NCBI RefSeq assembly: GCF_963921235.1
Contig: NC_086097.1
Location: 194,062,001 to 194,126,000, forward strand
From: Mobula hypostoma
Taxonomy: Eukaryota
Length of the DNA stretch: 64,000 bases
Reading direction: 5' to 3'
Part shown: positions 1 through 12,950 of the stretch, piece by piece
Layout: each line of letters opens with the position of its first letter
Position numbering within the stretch: position 1 is the first letter of the stretch
Position numbers and translations under genes: made by a program
The notes under the pieces: generated by a model
The model's input: the letters and a program-made list of their open reading frames with translations, nothing else
What the model was told of the DNA's origin: nothing
The model's database searches: none

Positions 1-736
1 TGTACCTATCCATGCACAGTAACCATTCACCCACTTGCAGCAGAAATATCTATGATTCTTCTTCTATTGCTCTTCAAGTTCCCAAGATCCTCCATGAAAA
101 AAATTCATCACATTTCTATCTTAAACCAATCATGTTTAAACAAAGACTCTCATTTCAAGGGTCTCCCACAAGAGGGATACTCTTCACACCCATCCTATCA
201 AGACTTCCGAGGAGTCCCCCTTCATTCCTCTGAACACTAGCAGATACAAACCAAGCCTGGTATACAAAAAGAACATACAATATTCATGCATAGCCCTTTT
301 ACAGCCTTATAATTTTTTCCAAAATTTTGCAGAACACTCCTTCCATCTCATAGGCAAGGAAATAAACTTACAAACTGAGGGAATTTCAGCAAGCCTCTCC
401 TTATCTAAAATCAAGGGCATTCTCATCATAGATGGAGAATAATAAAGATTCAATAGGCTTGGGCTACTCCTGCCCCTAATTGTTCAATGTTACTCCAATT
501 ACAGCAAGTTATGTTTACTCTGCAACATCTTCTAATGTCTTCGTTAATAAACTGAATTTTTTGCATTTCTTTTCAGTCCCAGTTTTGTCTGGCAACATGC
601 GGCAGATGACATAGATTTAACAGTTAGCAATAGATACAGTGCCAGGTGTCAATAGGGAGAGTGAACAGGTTGTAGAAAGGCTTGGAGAATATAGGCAGGC
701 AAAATCATTTGGCAAGGACATTTCAGACAGAATATA

Positions 737-2692
737 ATAGAAACATCGAAAACTCTCAGCACAATACAGGCCCTTCAGCTCACAATGCTGTGCCGAACAT
801 GTACTTACTTTAGAACTTACCTAGGGTTACCCATAGCCCTCTATTTTTCTAAGCTCCATGTACCTATCCAGGAGTCTCTTAAAAGTCCTTATCATATCCG
901 CCTCCACCACTGTCAATGGCAGCCCATTCCAAGCACTCACTACTCTCTGCGTAAAAAAATTACCCCTGACATCTCCTCTCTACCTTCTTCCAAGCACCGT
1001 AAAACTGTGCCCTCTCGTGTTAGCCATTTCAGCCCTGGGAAAACGAGTCTGACTATCCACACGATCAATGCCTCTCATCATCTTATACACCTCCATCAGG
1101 TCATCTCTCATCCTCCGTCGCTCCAAGGAGAAAAGGCTGAATTCACTCAACCTATTCTCGTAAGGCATTCTCCCCAATCCAGGCAACATCCTTGTAAATC
1201 TCCTCTACACCCTTTCTATGGTTTCCACATCCTTCCTGTAGTGAGGTGACCAGAACTGAGCACAGTGCTCCAATTGGGATCTGACCAGGATAACATTACC
1301 TCACTGCCCTTAAACTCAATCCCACGGTTGTTGAAGGCCAATGCACCGTATGGTGCCTTCTTAACCACACAATCAACCTACAGAGCAGCTTTGAGTGTCG
1401 TATGGACTCGGACCCCAAGATCCCTCTGATCCTCCACACTACCAAGAGTCTTACCGTTAATACTATATTCTGCCATCATATTTGACCTACCAAAATGAAC
1501 CACCTCACACCTATCTGGGTTGAATTCCATCTGCCACTTCGCTGCCCAGTTTTGCATACTATCAATGTCCCGCTATAACCTCTGACAGCCCTCCATACTA
1601 TCCACAATACCCCCAAACTTTGTGTCATCAGAAAATTTACTAACCCATCCCTCCACTTCTTCATCCTGGTCATTTATAAAAATCACGAAGAGTAGGGGGT
1701 CCCAGAACAGATCCCTGAGGCACACCACTGGTCACCGAACTCCATGCAGAATATGACCCATCTACAACCACTCTTTGCCTTCTGTGGGCAAGTCAATTCT
1801 GGATCCACAAAGCAATGTCCCCTTGGATCCCATGCCTCCTTACTTTCTCAATAATCCTTGCATGGAGTACCTTATCAAATGCCTTGCTGAAATCCATATA
1901 CACTACATCTACTGCTCTACCTTCATCAATGTGTTTAGTTACATCCTCAAAAAACTCAATCGGGTTCGTAAGGCACGACCTGCCTTTGACAAGCCATGCT
2001 GACTATTCCTAATCATATTATCCCTCTCCAAATGGCCTCTCAGGATCTTTTCCATCAACTTACCAACCATTGAAGTAAGACTCACTGGTCTATAATTTCC
2101 TGGGTTATCTCTACTCCCTTCCTTGAATAAGGGAACAACATCTGCAAACCCCCCCCAAACCTCTGGAACCCCTCCCATCCCCATTGATGATGCAAAGATC
2201 ATCGCCAGAGGCTAAGCAATCTCCTCCCACACCTCGCCTGGGGTACATCTCGTCCAGTCCTGGTGACATATGCAATTTCATGCTTTCCAAAAGCTCCAGC
2301 ACATTCCCTTTCTTAATATCTACATGCTCAAGCTTTTCTGTCTTCTGTAAGTCATCTCTACAATCACCAAGATCCTTTTCCGTAGTGAATACTGAAGCAA
2401 AGTATTCATTAAGTACCTCTGCTATCTCTTCCAGTTCCATACACACTTTTCCACTCTCACACTTGATAAGTCCTATTCTCTCACGTCTTATCCTCTTGCT
2501 CTTCACATACTTGTAGAATGCCTTGGGGTTTTTCTTAATCCTGCTCGCCAAGGCCTTCTCATAGCCTCTTCTGGCTCTCCTAATTTCATTCTTAAGCTCC
2601 TTCCTGCTAGCCTTATAATCTTCTAGATCTCTATCATTACTTAGTTTTTTGAACCTTTCGTAAGTTTCTCTTTTCTTCTTGACTAGATTTTC
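737..2692 (-). mobile_element. CR1-type LINE, 5'-truncated, degenerate ORF2
   Basis: Fragments IKKNPKAFYKYVKSKR, LNEYFASVFT, PGNYRPVSLTS, FSLERRRMRDDLMEVYKMMRG; CR1 3' UTR and tail near 737. Confidence 0.9.
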
Positions 2693-3169
2693 AATATATT
2701 ATAGAAATAAGTGAGGTCATCAACTTTGGTAGAAAAAAGACAATGGTGGAATATTGCTTAACTGGTGAGATACTGATTTGGGAGTGTTTCTTTCTTCATT
2801 TTACTACCTTTTCTCTGAAGTGCTTTCTGTGATTTTCACTACATGACTCCGATATAATTTTAAGATAGTGCCCTGGTTTGGAATCAACCACAAGAGGAAA
2901 TTATCTCTCTCGGTATATCCTCCAATTATCTCAAATAGATCACCCCATAATCTTCTATAATCAAGAAAATATAAAAAGTCTCTGCAATCTAGTCTCATAA
3001 TTTAACCTTTCTATGTTTCTATGTTTCTATGTTTTCATAACTCTGCTGATGTTATTTCTGGTAAGAATGCAGTGCAATTGGTTGTGGCAGCTTCTATGGG
3101 GTTGATCAAAGGTGTAATTGTCTTTTGAAAATCTATTTTTATGATCAGAAGACCCTGCTGGATATTAAG

Positions 3170-3738
3170 AACTCAAAGTTTTGCATGTCTACTCCATCAG
3201 TGAGTTGCTCGTTAGCAGAGGAACTGAAGGAGCTGGACTTGTTGTGGCTCGTGCTGCTGCCTGCGTCGATGCACAATGGTGGTGTGCAGTCTAAAAGCAA
3301 GTGATTATCTTAATCGCTTTTCTTGTTGGACCTTGTTAATGTGGAATGCTCTAGTCCAATTCACTGAGTTATTGGCAAAAGGCAAGGGACCTGTGTAACC
3401 ATGGTCATAGCAGGGACAAGGTGTCGGGGCGTGCTGTTGTCTGTTTACAGCTGTTTAGGAGAAACGAGAGACGAGAAATCGATGCGCTCCACCGGAGTGC
3501 TGGGTGCAGTGTGGTGTAGCATCTAAGTGTTCGACTGCTGCCTGCTGCAACATTCATGGACTCAGGGTCCTGGGCTATATTTTTTTTGTGCTACTGTATT
3601 TTATTGATATCTTATATGTGATATATGTGCCTTGTGCTGTGTATGACTGTTGGTACTGCATTTTGCACCTTGGCTCCAGAGTAACACTGTTTTGTTCGGC
3701 TGTATTCCTGTATGGTTGAATGACCATTAAAATTGAAC
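3170..3738 (+). mobile_element. Probable non-autonomous LINE-derived repeat with Rex1/L2-like 3' tail
   Basis: T-rich 3' region ending in ATTAAAattgaac, resembling other LINE tails in the window; no ORF. Confidence 0.35.
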
Positions 3739-6199
3739 AAATTTCCCGAGTATTGCCTCCAGAAAGGAATATAATGGTTTTCAGCCAGAGCACTCTACAG
3801 GTATAACTTCCACTCTGGTCCATCAAAGAGCTGATGGAACACTTGTTTTTGTTTTGGACTTTTTTTTTTAAAAAGGATTTAGTCATTTCTGTATTTGGAC
3901 CCCTAATTTCTCTCAACCCCAGTTCACAACTCTACCCCATTTAGAAAATGGTCTCTGCTTTCTGCCTTTTGGACCCAAACAGAACAGTTCCACATTGAGC
4001 TCCACCCACCAGGTACTGCTAACTCATCTGACCTATCAAAATCACTGTGATATGCTTCAGTCCAGTCTTCCTGTGCCAATAACTTGGTACCATTGGATAT
4101 CTAGCTTCCTGGTGCTTCATCTAAGTCACATACAAACACTGTGAAATGATAACTTTTAAGCCAATCCCCTAGGCTTCAGGATGACTTGCTTCACTCCAAT
4201 CCTATGGATAGTGAGCTGGTTCATCTGTGACCTGTAAACTTAGATGCAGCATGTGCTGGTTGGAACCCTGCATTCCTTCACTCCCCTTTCATTCTTTAGG
4301 TCAGGAAGTTTTATTTTACACACCACTGTCTTCAGGTGGCTGTAATTCTCCCCTTGAAATATGAAGCCATTACTAGACCAAGAATAATACTGATGATTGA
4401 ACCAGCTCCCGTAACCCCTAGATATTCTTTTTGAACTGATTTCAGCACTTTCTGGTAGCGATTCTTTATTTGCTAACTTTAGTGGGCGTCAACGTATTTC
4501 AGTAGATATTCTGCAGTCCCTGTGTTTACTGGGAGGTGCCAGGTGATCAGTGAGAAGCTCCTCTTCCAAGGTCCTTGATGTTTCTGCAGCAACGTTTTTG
4601 GTACTGTCATAGTTTGTTTCGGAGCCAGGTTGGAGCTGACAAACCAGATTAGTCAGTCTGGTTTGACCTCCTTTCTTCCATGATGGTGTATAAGCATTAC
4701 AAAGTTGAATAAGCTTCCAATACCTCCACCTTGTAACTAATTTTTTTCTTCTTTTACCCAATCCCGTGCTAATGTTATGTTTATTTTGTATACTTGTATG
4801 TATGATTTATGCTAACTTATGTTTGTTCTAGTCTTGCAATTCACCGTACTGCAGCTGTTGCCAAAAGCTAACTTTTTATTATATTTATACTCTTTAGCAT
4901 ACGATAACAATAAACAAAAGTGGATTCCCTCACTATCAATAAATGCCTCTGGTATCATGTGTTCACATTTTGGTCATGTATCGATTTAGACCTTTCAATG
5001 AATGCCTACCAGAAATCCATGACCACCATTTTCTACTACATTCATAAGCATTTCAAAAAAAATTGGGCACAGCTGAAATGTTATGAATTCATTCCGGCTG
5101 TTAATCAGCTCACATTTCTCTACTGCTCTGTCATTTTGTCCCTAATGACAGATTCTAGTGAATTTCCCACAACTGATTTCTGACTAATCAGCCTAAAGCA
5201 ATTTACTTCACATTTCTTGTATAATAGAATGACACCGACAGGTTTCTAATCCAAGGGAATAGCTCCGAGCCACACGTTTCTAAAGATCGTGCCCAAATAC
5301 AAATAATTTCACCACATATTTCTCTTAATGCACTCAACTAAAAACCAACCATCTTTATTCTTAGTACCTCTATCTATATTTTCTATTATTTACTCAAGTT
5401 AGTATCTTCTTTTGATTTATTTTTGATTTTCCTCGCATCTCACTCGTGGAGACCAATACAAGATAGATGCTTAGAATGCCTGTGAATTCAAATTAAAAGT
5501 GTGAATGTTTGTCACATTTCCTCTCTCTTTGTTCTTGACATACCTTACATTATTCTTCTTGCATTCCATTTTCATCTCCTTACCACTTTATACATCTCTC
5601 ATTTCATGAGATCTCTATTGTCCTTTGCATTTGTGTATTTATTTACTTTGATATAATTATATCCTTTTCTTGTGACCCATAATTTTTAATTACAATGATA
5701 TACAGTAGCTCTACAGGAATGGTTGTTCAGTACTTTTGAATACTTCCCACTGATGGTTTGTGGTATTAGCTTAGTTTAGTCTCTTGTGGTGAATTGCTCC
5801 CTCATAATTTGAAATATTGAACTTAGACTTTCCTTCTTCCCCGCAAACTATTGTTTAATTCTATTACATTAGCAAAGTATTTCGCTACTTTAGATATTGA
5901 CAAATACAGGTTCATTGCTACCACCATGCATTGTTCAATAAAAGGTGGCCTACAAAATTGGTTTTGATTAATTTCATTCACATTAGTAATTTTTTTCTTT
6001 TTAAACAAGTGTAGTGCTAGCTTCCTGATATCGACTTAAAACTGTATCAACATACTTTTATGTAGTTACTAAAGCTATGAACTTATGTACAGAACTCCAA
6101 CAGATGGAGCTCTTGCAGTGAATGAACAGTTTGGCGAAAAGGTGGAGGAACTTGAAAGAGAAGAATGAGGTGTATTTATTAGTGCCATTGGCAAGTCCC

Positions 6200-6790
6200 C
6201 AACTGCACCAAAGCAGTTCTCAATGAAGTGCCTCATTATCAGGAATCATGGCAGCCCAATTAAAACCTAAGTTTCACAAAAACTGTAGCATACAAGTAAA
6301 TTACCAACTACATTCAGCCACTCATACAAAGATTCTTTCTCAAAAGATCTGTGGAATATTTATTTATTTATTGAGATACAACACAGAATAGGCTCTTCCG
6401 GCCTTTTGAGTCGCAGCGCCTAGCAACCCCCAATTTAATCTTGGCCTAATCACAGGACAATTTACAATGACCAATTAATCTACCAAGTGGTACTTCTTTG
6501 GACTTCAGAAGGAAACAGGAGCTTCTGAGGGAAACCCACATGGAGAGAACGTACAACTTCCTAACAGACAATGGCAGGAACTGAACCTGGATCACTAGTA
6601 CTGTAAAGTATTGTGCTAACCACTGCACTATCGTCCCACTGTAACCACCATTCAGGATGTCAAATGGAGCTAGCTTTTTGTTTTTAACCTTTAGCAAAGC
6701 AACTTTCCCTCAATTCTGCATCGAAAATCAGCCTAGATTTTACCTTTTTGGAATGGATCATGAGTTCAGTCCTGAATCCTATTCAAAGTC
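6200..6790 (-). mobile_element. Ancient Deu-domain SINE remnant (SacSINE/AmnSINE-like), split by a V-SINE
   Basis: Degenerate matches to recalled Deu-SINE segments: aggaatcatggcagcccaatt and ttccctcaattctgcatcgaaaatcagcctagatttt. Confidence 0.4.
6361..6637 (-). mobile_element. V-SINE (HE1-like, tRNA-derived)
   Basis: Minus strand: tRNA-like head (gcagtggttagc ... ggttcagttcc), V-domain gtgggtttccctcagaagctcctgtttcc...gtccaaaga, and (AAAT)n tail. Confidence 0.8.
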
Positions 6791-6967
6791 AAGGTAGCTA
6801 TCTTACAGTATTGTTATGGATAAGAAATGTCTTCTGTCCAATCACAGTTCAATAAGATTGAAAAAAGCATAATATCTTTCTTTAAAAATCTTTTTTTTCA
6901 TTTCCTATTAATGTAACGTAGGTAAACCTTCCACAATGTACACTACAAATGCTAAAATTGAACAATG

Positions 6968-7163
6968 TAGTTGTTGTTCCTCTCCGTGCCTTGGGAACCT
7001 TGCTGTTTCCTTCGCATTTGTCTGCTTTTTTTTTGTGTGAAGCTGAGTTGCTCGCTCAATGCTCAACCCAGCATGGATGGGAAGCGTGGAAGGGGCTAGC
7101 TGGACTCGAACCCCATTCCACTCACCTTGAAATCTGGTGCGTATGCCACTACAACACCAACCG
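6968..7163 (-). mobile_element. tRNA-derived SINE, copy 1
   Basis: A box tgtagtgg, B box ggttcgagtcc; body shared with the adjacent copy (gctgggttgag...gcaactc). Confidence 0.7.
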
Positions 7164-7180
7164 ACAATAACTGAACAATA

Positions 7181-7402
7181 AAGAAGAAGAAGGAGAAAGC
7201 CCTTAACTCCGAGTGGAGTCATTGGGACGCCGTCATGACGGCTTTTGTTTTTTAGCAGGCTTTCTTACTTTTACGAGGCCGAGTTGCTAGCTCGACACTC
7301 AACCCAGCACAGATGGAAAGAGTGCAAGGGAGTCGGCTGGATTCAATCTCGGGAGCATTCACTCTGAAGACCGGCGCTGATGCCACTAAGCCACCAGCCG
7401 GC
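7181..7402 (-). mobile_element. tRNA-derived SINE, copy 2, with 12-bp TSD
   Basis: A-box and B-box-like head, (CTT)n tail; TSD aactgaacaata at 7169-7180 and 7403-7414. Confidence 0.8.
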
Positions 7403-7894
7403 AACTGAACAATACTTATATTTAAATGAATTAAATTCACAGGACAACAAAGTTATCATGTTTAAATCATGATTCAGCTAAAGCAACCTGCTGGATAAAA
7501 TAAAACTGGTAAAAAATAAGGACAGACTTGAATTATGGGTCAAATGCAGGCAAGTAGGACGAGCATGATGGGCATCATGGTCAGCATAGATGAGCCGGGC
7601 CAAGGGGCCTGTCCTCATGTTGTATTACACTATATGACCCTGTGACCTTCCAATGATCACTCAAAATGCAGTAACATTACTCAGTAAAATTCAATAGGTT
7701 AAATCTGGCTCTGAGACTCTGTGGACGGCAATATTTAACTGAATGGTGACCATGGGGTTAGACATTAAAAAGCACTGAGTGCTTTGAAAGTTACTAGTGG
7801 AACAAAAACACAAAAAGCTTGGTAACTAGAAATGGATTCCTTCTGTTCCATAGTAAATACGCAATGTCAATGATGTTATAAAGAGTTTACTTAC

Positions 7895-8113
7895 TGGTCA
7901 CTCCATTTTCTCCATAAGGGGGCGGTGTACTTTGTCGCTCCTTTCTGTGTGAGTCATCGTTATCTGATGTATCTGCTGATCCCGGTGGACCCGCATAACC
8001 TACTTCCCTAAGAACACCACGGCTTGTTCCGGTGGCGGGTCGAAATTTAGCTGTTTTGGATGGAAGTTGTGATGACTCGGGTGTGCCCGGGGGTCCTGCT
8101 TGACCTCTTTCCA
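7895..8113 (-). CDS. emilin2: EMILIN-2 exon with short collagen-like segment (219 nt, phase 1 at both ends)
   Basis: Encodes (V)ERGQAGPPGTP...REVGYAGPPG..., resembling EMILIN2 ETGQAGPP...EGFAGAPG. Acceptor tttttttctcttttaaaaaAG; donor ACCA|GTaagt. Phase-compatible with the large exon. Confidence 0.82.
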
Positions 8114-8291
8114 CTTTTTTAAAAGAGAAAAAAAATCAATAGTCATTTCAGATCACTCAATATGGTCAAAAGATCAATCACTGCTTGTAGTGAATTGTTT
8201 GCTTCTCTACTGAGAAAATGGCTACATTAATCCAAAGTGAACCATAGGAATTAAGTGAGCTTAAGTCACCAACATGCTCCTGTAAAAATTA

Positions 8292-9345
8292 CTATTCCCT
8301 TTTCTCAGTTTCCTCGTCTCCACCATATTTGTTCCCAGGATGAGGCTTTCCTTTCTAGGGCATCAGAGAAGTGCGCCTTCTTCAAAGAACAGAATTTCAC
8401 TTCCTCCACCATTAATGCTCCTCCTATTCATCCACATCTTCTCCATTTCCCAGACATCTGTGCTCACTCCTTCTACCCATCATCTTAAGAGGGATAGGGT
8501 TCCTCTTGTCCTCACCTACCACCCCATGAGCCTCCACATCCAACACATCATTCTTCACAACATCCGCCATCTTAAAAAGGATCCTACCACCACACACATC
8601 TTTACTTCCCCCCTACTCTGTGCTTTTCACAAGGATGACTCCCTCTGTGGTTCACTCATCTATTTGTCACTCCCTCACCTCCATTCAGGGTCTCGAACAG
8701 TCCTTGCAGGTGTTAGGGCAGGCTATTGCATCTGGTGCTCCCAACACAGCCTCATCTACATTGGTGAGACTTGATGTAAATTGGGGGACTACTCTGTTGA
8801 GCATCTCCACTCCATTCACCAAAAGTGGAATTTCCCAGTGGCCTATCATTTTCATTTTCTATCCCCATTCCTGTTCCGACATGTTGGTCCATAACCTCCT
8901 CTTCTACCACGATGGGGCCACTCTCAGAGTGGATGAGCAATTTTCCATCCAGCTAGCCTCCAACGTGATGACATGTACATCAATTTCTCTGTCCAGTAAT
9001 TCCTTTTCCCTCCTTTTCTTTTCCTCCTCTTCTATTCCCAACTCTAGCCTCTTCACTCTTCTCCTCACCTACCTATCACCTCACCCTGGTGATCCTCTTC
9101 CTTCCCTTTCTCCTCAGGCCCACTCTCCTCTCCTATTAGATTCCTTCTTATCCAACCCTTTACCTTTCCCACCCACCTGACTTCAAGCTTGTCCTCCTTC
9201 CCTACCCCCACTTTTTTTATTCTGGCTTCTTCCCCCTTCCTTTCCAGTTCAGATGAAGGGTCTTGGCTTGAAACATCAACTCTTTAATAATTTTCACAGA
9301 TGCTGTCTGACGTCCTGAGTTCCTCCACCATTGTGTGCGTGTGTT
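8292..9345 (+). mobile_element. Penelope-like element 3' fragment (RT thumb and GIY-YIG remnant plus pseudo-LTR)
   Basis: IPFSQFPRLHHICSQDEAF, DRVPLVLTYHP, YCIWCSQHSLIYIGET; pyrimidine-rich terminal repeat with decayed hammerhead at about 9246-9281. Confidence 0.85.
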
Positions 9346-9449
9346 ACTCTCACCAATGCCAAAATGATAGATAATCTACAGTTTTGGTGGTTGATGGCCT
9401 TTGCAGTCAAATAGCCTGTTGACAAGTGCTAATCTTTTAATCTTCTTTA

Positions 9450-9830
9450 AGATCAATCTAATCCTTCCCTCCTACTTGTTACATACACCTGTTAGGGTGC
9501 AATCTCCAGTTACCTTATAAGGTAACCGTAGCCTTCAGCCAGGAGCAGATGTCATCAGGTGGTTCCCAACCTTTGCAGAGTGTTTCGACCCTTTACCATG
9601 ACATAGCCCTCCATTTTTCTATCATCCATGTGCCTAAGAGTTTCTTAAATGTCCCTAATGTATCTACCCCCACCACCAATCCTGGAAGGGCTTTCCATGC
9701 ACCCTCCAGTCTCTGAGTAAACAACTTGCCTCTGGCATACCTCCTGTATTTTCTTCCAATTACCTCATAATTATGCCCTTCATATTTTGCTCTGGAAAGA
9801 TGTATTTGGCTGTCCATTCGATCTATGTCT
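9450..9830 (-). mobile_element. CR1 3' fragment interrupted by a ~125-bp insert (9476-9600)
   Basis: GKLFTQRLEGAWKALPG...LGTFKKLL motif; CR1 3' UTR. Confidence 0.7.
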
Positions 9831-10356
9831 TGTTGGATTCTGAGGTTTTAATCCAAGGTTCTTTTACAAGTCAGGAAAAGGGCATAGAACTTGTTGCCTC
9901 ATGATCATTTTATTAAACATTGACAGAACACAGAAAAATTGAAATAGGCATTGATAGAGATCTACTAGTTGAAGAAAGAGAGAGCAAAAGCTAAGAAAAG
10001 TAATTAAAATTAGGATGACATTACTTTGTGGTCAGCTATTTTATACTACAGTATAAAGATAGGAAAATTCCATTCAAATTTGTAGTTAAGAGTTAATCAA
10101 TGAGAAAGCACTTACTCAAATGATGCAGAACAAAGACATTCCCAGAGCTTTCCAGAATTATACTTTGTATAACTACTACTGGCACATTAAGCTATTAGAT
10201 ACACCTACGAGCTTCTTAAAATACAAGCAGAAAATTAAGTGTTAAACTGCAAGGAAAATAATAACCAAGCAGAATCAAACAACAGCAAGTGCGAGCAATT
10301 CTAATCAATGAAATTTGTTGCTGTTGTCACTGAAAGAATTAACTATTACCCTGACA
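9831..10356 (-). mobile_element. Candidate solo LTR
   Basis: TG...CA ends (tgttgga ... ctgaca); on the minus strand TATAAAA near 10040 and AATAAA near 9911, in U3-R-U5 order. No clean TSD. Confidence 0.4.
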
Positions 10357-11676
10357 GTTAGGTTACTCATACTACCACACTGTCAAAGACAACATTGCTT
10401 GTTGTGGATAAGTGTAAACATTCCCACAGGTCCTAGCTGAGTTAAAAGGCAAAGCTAATTAGGAGGGAAGTTTTAGACACTAAACTCTAAGGGGCATGAA
10501 GACATCTCAAAATAAAAAATTACAAGCCGTGCTAAAGAAGTTGCAATAATTCAAGCTGTAATGTGATTAGTGAAGAAGGCTGCAATGTCAAGCCACCTGG
10601 GAGGCACAACTCTGAGAAAATGGGGTGGGAAGATGATATTTGTTTTTACAAGCGACCATATAGTACAGTACTCAAGACTTCAAGCATGGGAAAATTACTT
10701 AATTCAAACATTTGAACAGAGGCGGGTATCAATAAATAACAACTGGGAGTTTATATAAAGTCTGAGCAGACTGTGAGAAACAATTACTGGATGAAGTTGG
10801 TCATGGTCCAGCCTATTTCAGTAACTGCAATTGCACTATTAAATATATTATTTCCCCAAGAATAGGATTAGTTTACAGTAAACAATCCTTAATATTGCAG
10901 TTACATCTTGAAGCCAGCTGGCTGTGCAATGTTCCTGGAGTTAGAAACTGCAGGCACACTGCTGATTTACCACTAAGTTGCACAGATTTCCACACTGTCT
11001 TCGTCTTTGGATGCAATACTCTTATTAGCCAGAGAAAGTTTTAAATATTCAAGATGTCTATATTTTAAATATAGGCATGCTAAGTTTGAAGACCAAAAAA
11101 AACTCAAGCATGACTTGGGAATTTATCCCAGGCACGATATTATTTATGTAAATAAATAAATTGGACAGCTTTTTGTAATTATTACAACTTTGTGGTCTTT
11201 ACTTCAGCAATTGATTTTAGATGATTTCCCCTGCAATGAGAAAATCCCGAATGACTACAAAAGCAGTCAGCCAAACATTGCCCCCAGTGATGATGAAAGC
11301 CTACAATTCAACAATATCCCACTTTCAAGTTTCATGGTGGAATTAATTCAGAGGCAGTGGAATGAAAATAATTAGTAGTTTGCCGACTGTATCATCCCAG
11401 CTGTTAAAAATCAGGAAAGACATTGTCAATTTGCTCATATGGAGTATAACGTACTAATATTTAACATGATGTAAGATCATTACTGGAACATGTGCATTAA
11501 GTGATCAGATACTGTATGTACTCAATACCTGAGGTATACGTACAGTGTTTAGGTGAGCAATACTTAATGAAGTAGGATATAAAATATGCATGTCTAAAGC
11601 CTGACGTACATTTCCAATGCTTGACATAGATATATGCAATGTGATATATAGTATTTAGAATAAAAATGCACAGGAT

Positions 11677-11678
<2 letters not shown>

Positions 11679-11722
<44 letters not shown>
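11679..11722. repeat. (TG)n microsatellite, about 22 units
   Basis: Directly visible. Confidence 0.98.
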
Positions 11723-11724
<2 letters not shown>

Positions 11725-11919
11725 TGAGTGAGATTCATGTGTATATTTTTTAAACTCAGCATCCGGGTGTAGCTGACAATGACATTTATTGACCATCACT
11801 AGCTGCCTTGAAAAGGTACAATGACCTCTTAAACCACTGCAAGTTTTCTAGATACATAGGAAAAACCGGCTTGCCAGCACCAACTTACACACGCAGAAAG
11901 ATGGCAGAAAAAACAATCA

Positions 11920-12950
11920 AAGTCAGAATCAGGTTTAATATCATAGGCATATGTCATGAAATTTGTTGCTTTGTGGCAGCAGTATGGTGCGATAGACTAT
12001 ACATTATGACTAAAGGACTATAAATTAAAATAAGAAATATATACTGTATATAGAATTAAATTAAATCAGTCGTGCTAAAAGAGAGCAACACATAGTGAGG
12101 TAGTATACATGGATTCATTGTGCGTTCAAAAATCAGATGGCTGAGGAGAAGCTGTTCTTCCTTCTTAATGGTAGAAACGGGAACAGGGCATATCCTGGAT
12201 GATGGGGTTCATAATGAGATTGACGCCGCCTTTTGCTTTGGGAGGTTAGTGCCCATGATGGAGCTAGCTGAGTTCACAACTTTCTGCAACTTTTTTCAAC
12301 CCTGTGCAGTGGCCCCTCCATACCAGATGGTGATGCAACCAGTTAGAATGCTCTCCACATTCCATCTGTAGAAATTTGCAAGAGTGTTTGATGACATTCC
12401 AAATCCTCCTCAAACTCCTAATGAAGTATAGCCGTTGTTGTGCATTCTTTGTAATTGAATCAATATGTTGTGCCCGGGATAGATCTTCAGAGATGTTGAC
12501 ACCCAAGCATTTGAAACTGCCCACTCTTTCCACTGCTGATCCCTTAATGAGGACTGGAATGCCTTCCCTTGACTTCCCCTTCCTGAAGGCCACTATCAAT
12601 TCCTTGGTCTTATTGACATTGAGTGCAAGGTTGCTTCTGTTGTTACAACACCACTCAACGAGCTGATCTATCTCACTCCTGTACACCTCCTTGTCACCAT
12701 CTGAAATTCTGCCAGCAATAGCTGTGTCATCGACAAATTTCTAGCTGCCATTTGAGCTGGCCTAGCCACACAGTCAGGGCTAGACCAGTGGGCTAAGCAT
12801 AGAGGTGTACCAGTGTTGCAAAGAGAGTATGTTATCTTCAATTTGCACTCACTGTGGTCTCCTAGTGACAAAGCCAAGGATGCAGTTGCAGAAGGAGGTA
12901 CAGAGGCCCACATTTTAGAGCTCCTTGATTAGCACTGAGGGGATGATAGC
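11920..12950 (-). mobile_element. Rex1/Babar LINE 3' fragment
   Basis: YRSEIDQLVEWCCNN..LALNVNKTKELIVAFRK, AQQRLYFIRSLRR; tail attaaacctgattctga. Confidence 0.85.

Noticed and set aside
6590..7402. tRNA genes
   Set aside because: The A and B boxes are SINE heads followed by SINE bodies and tails; no complete cloverleaf.
1..7894. EMILIN2 gC1q exons
   Set aside because: No FSAGL, FNKVLVNDG or TGVFTAP-like motifs found by eye; probably left of the window.
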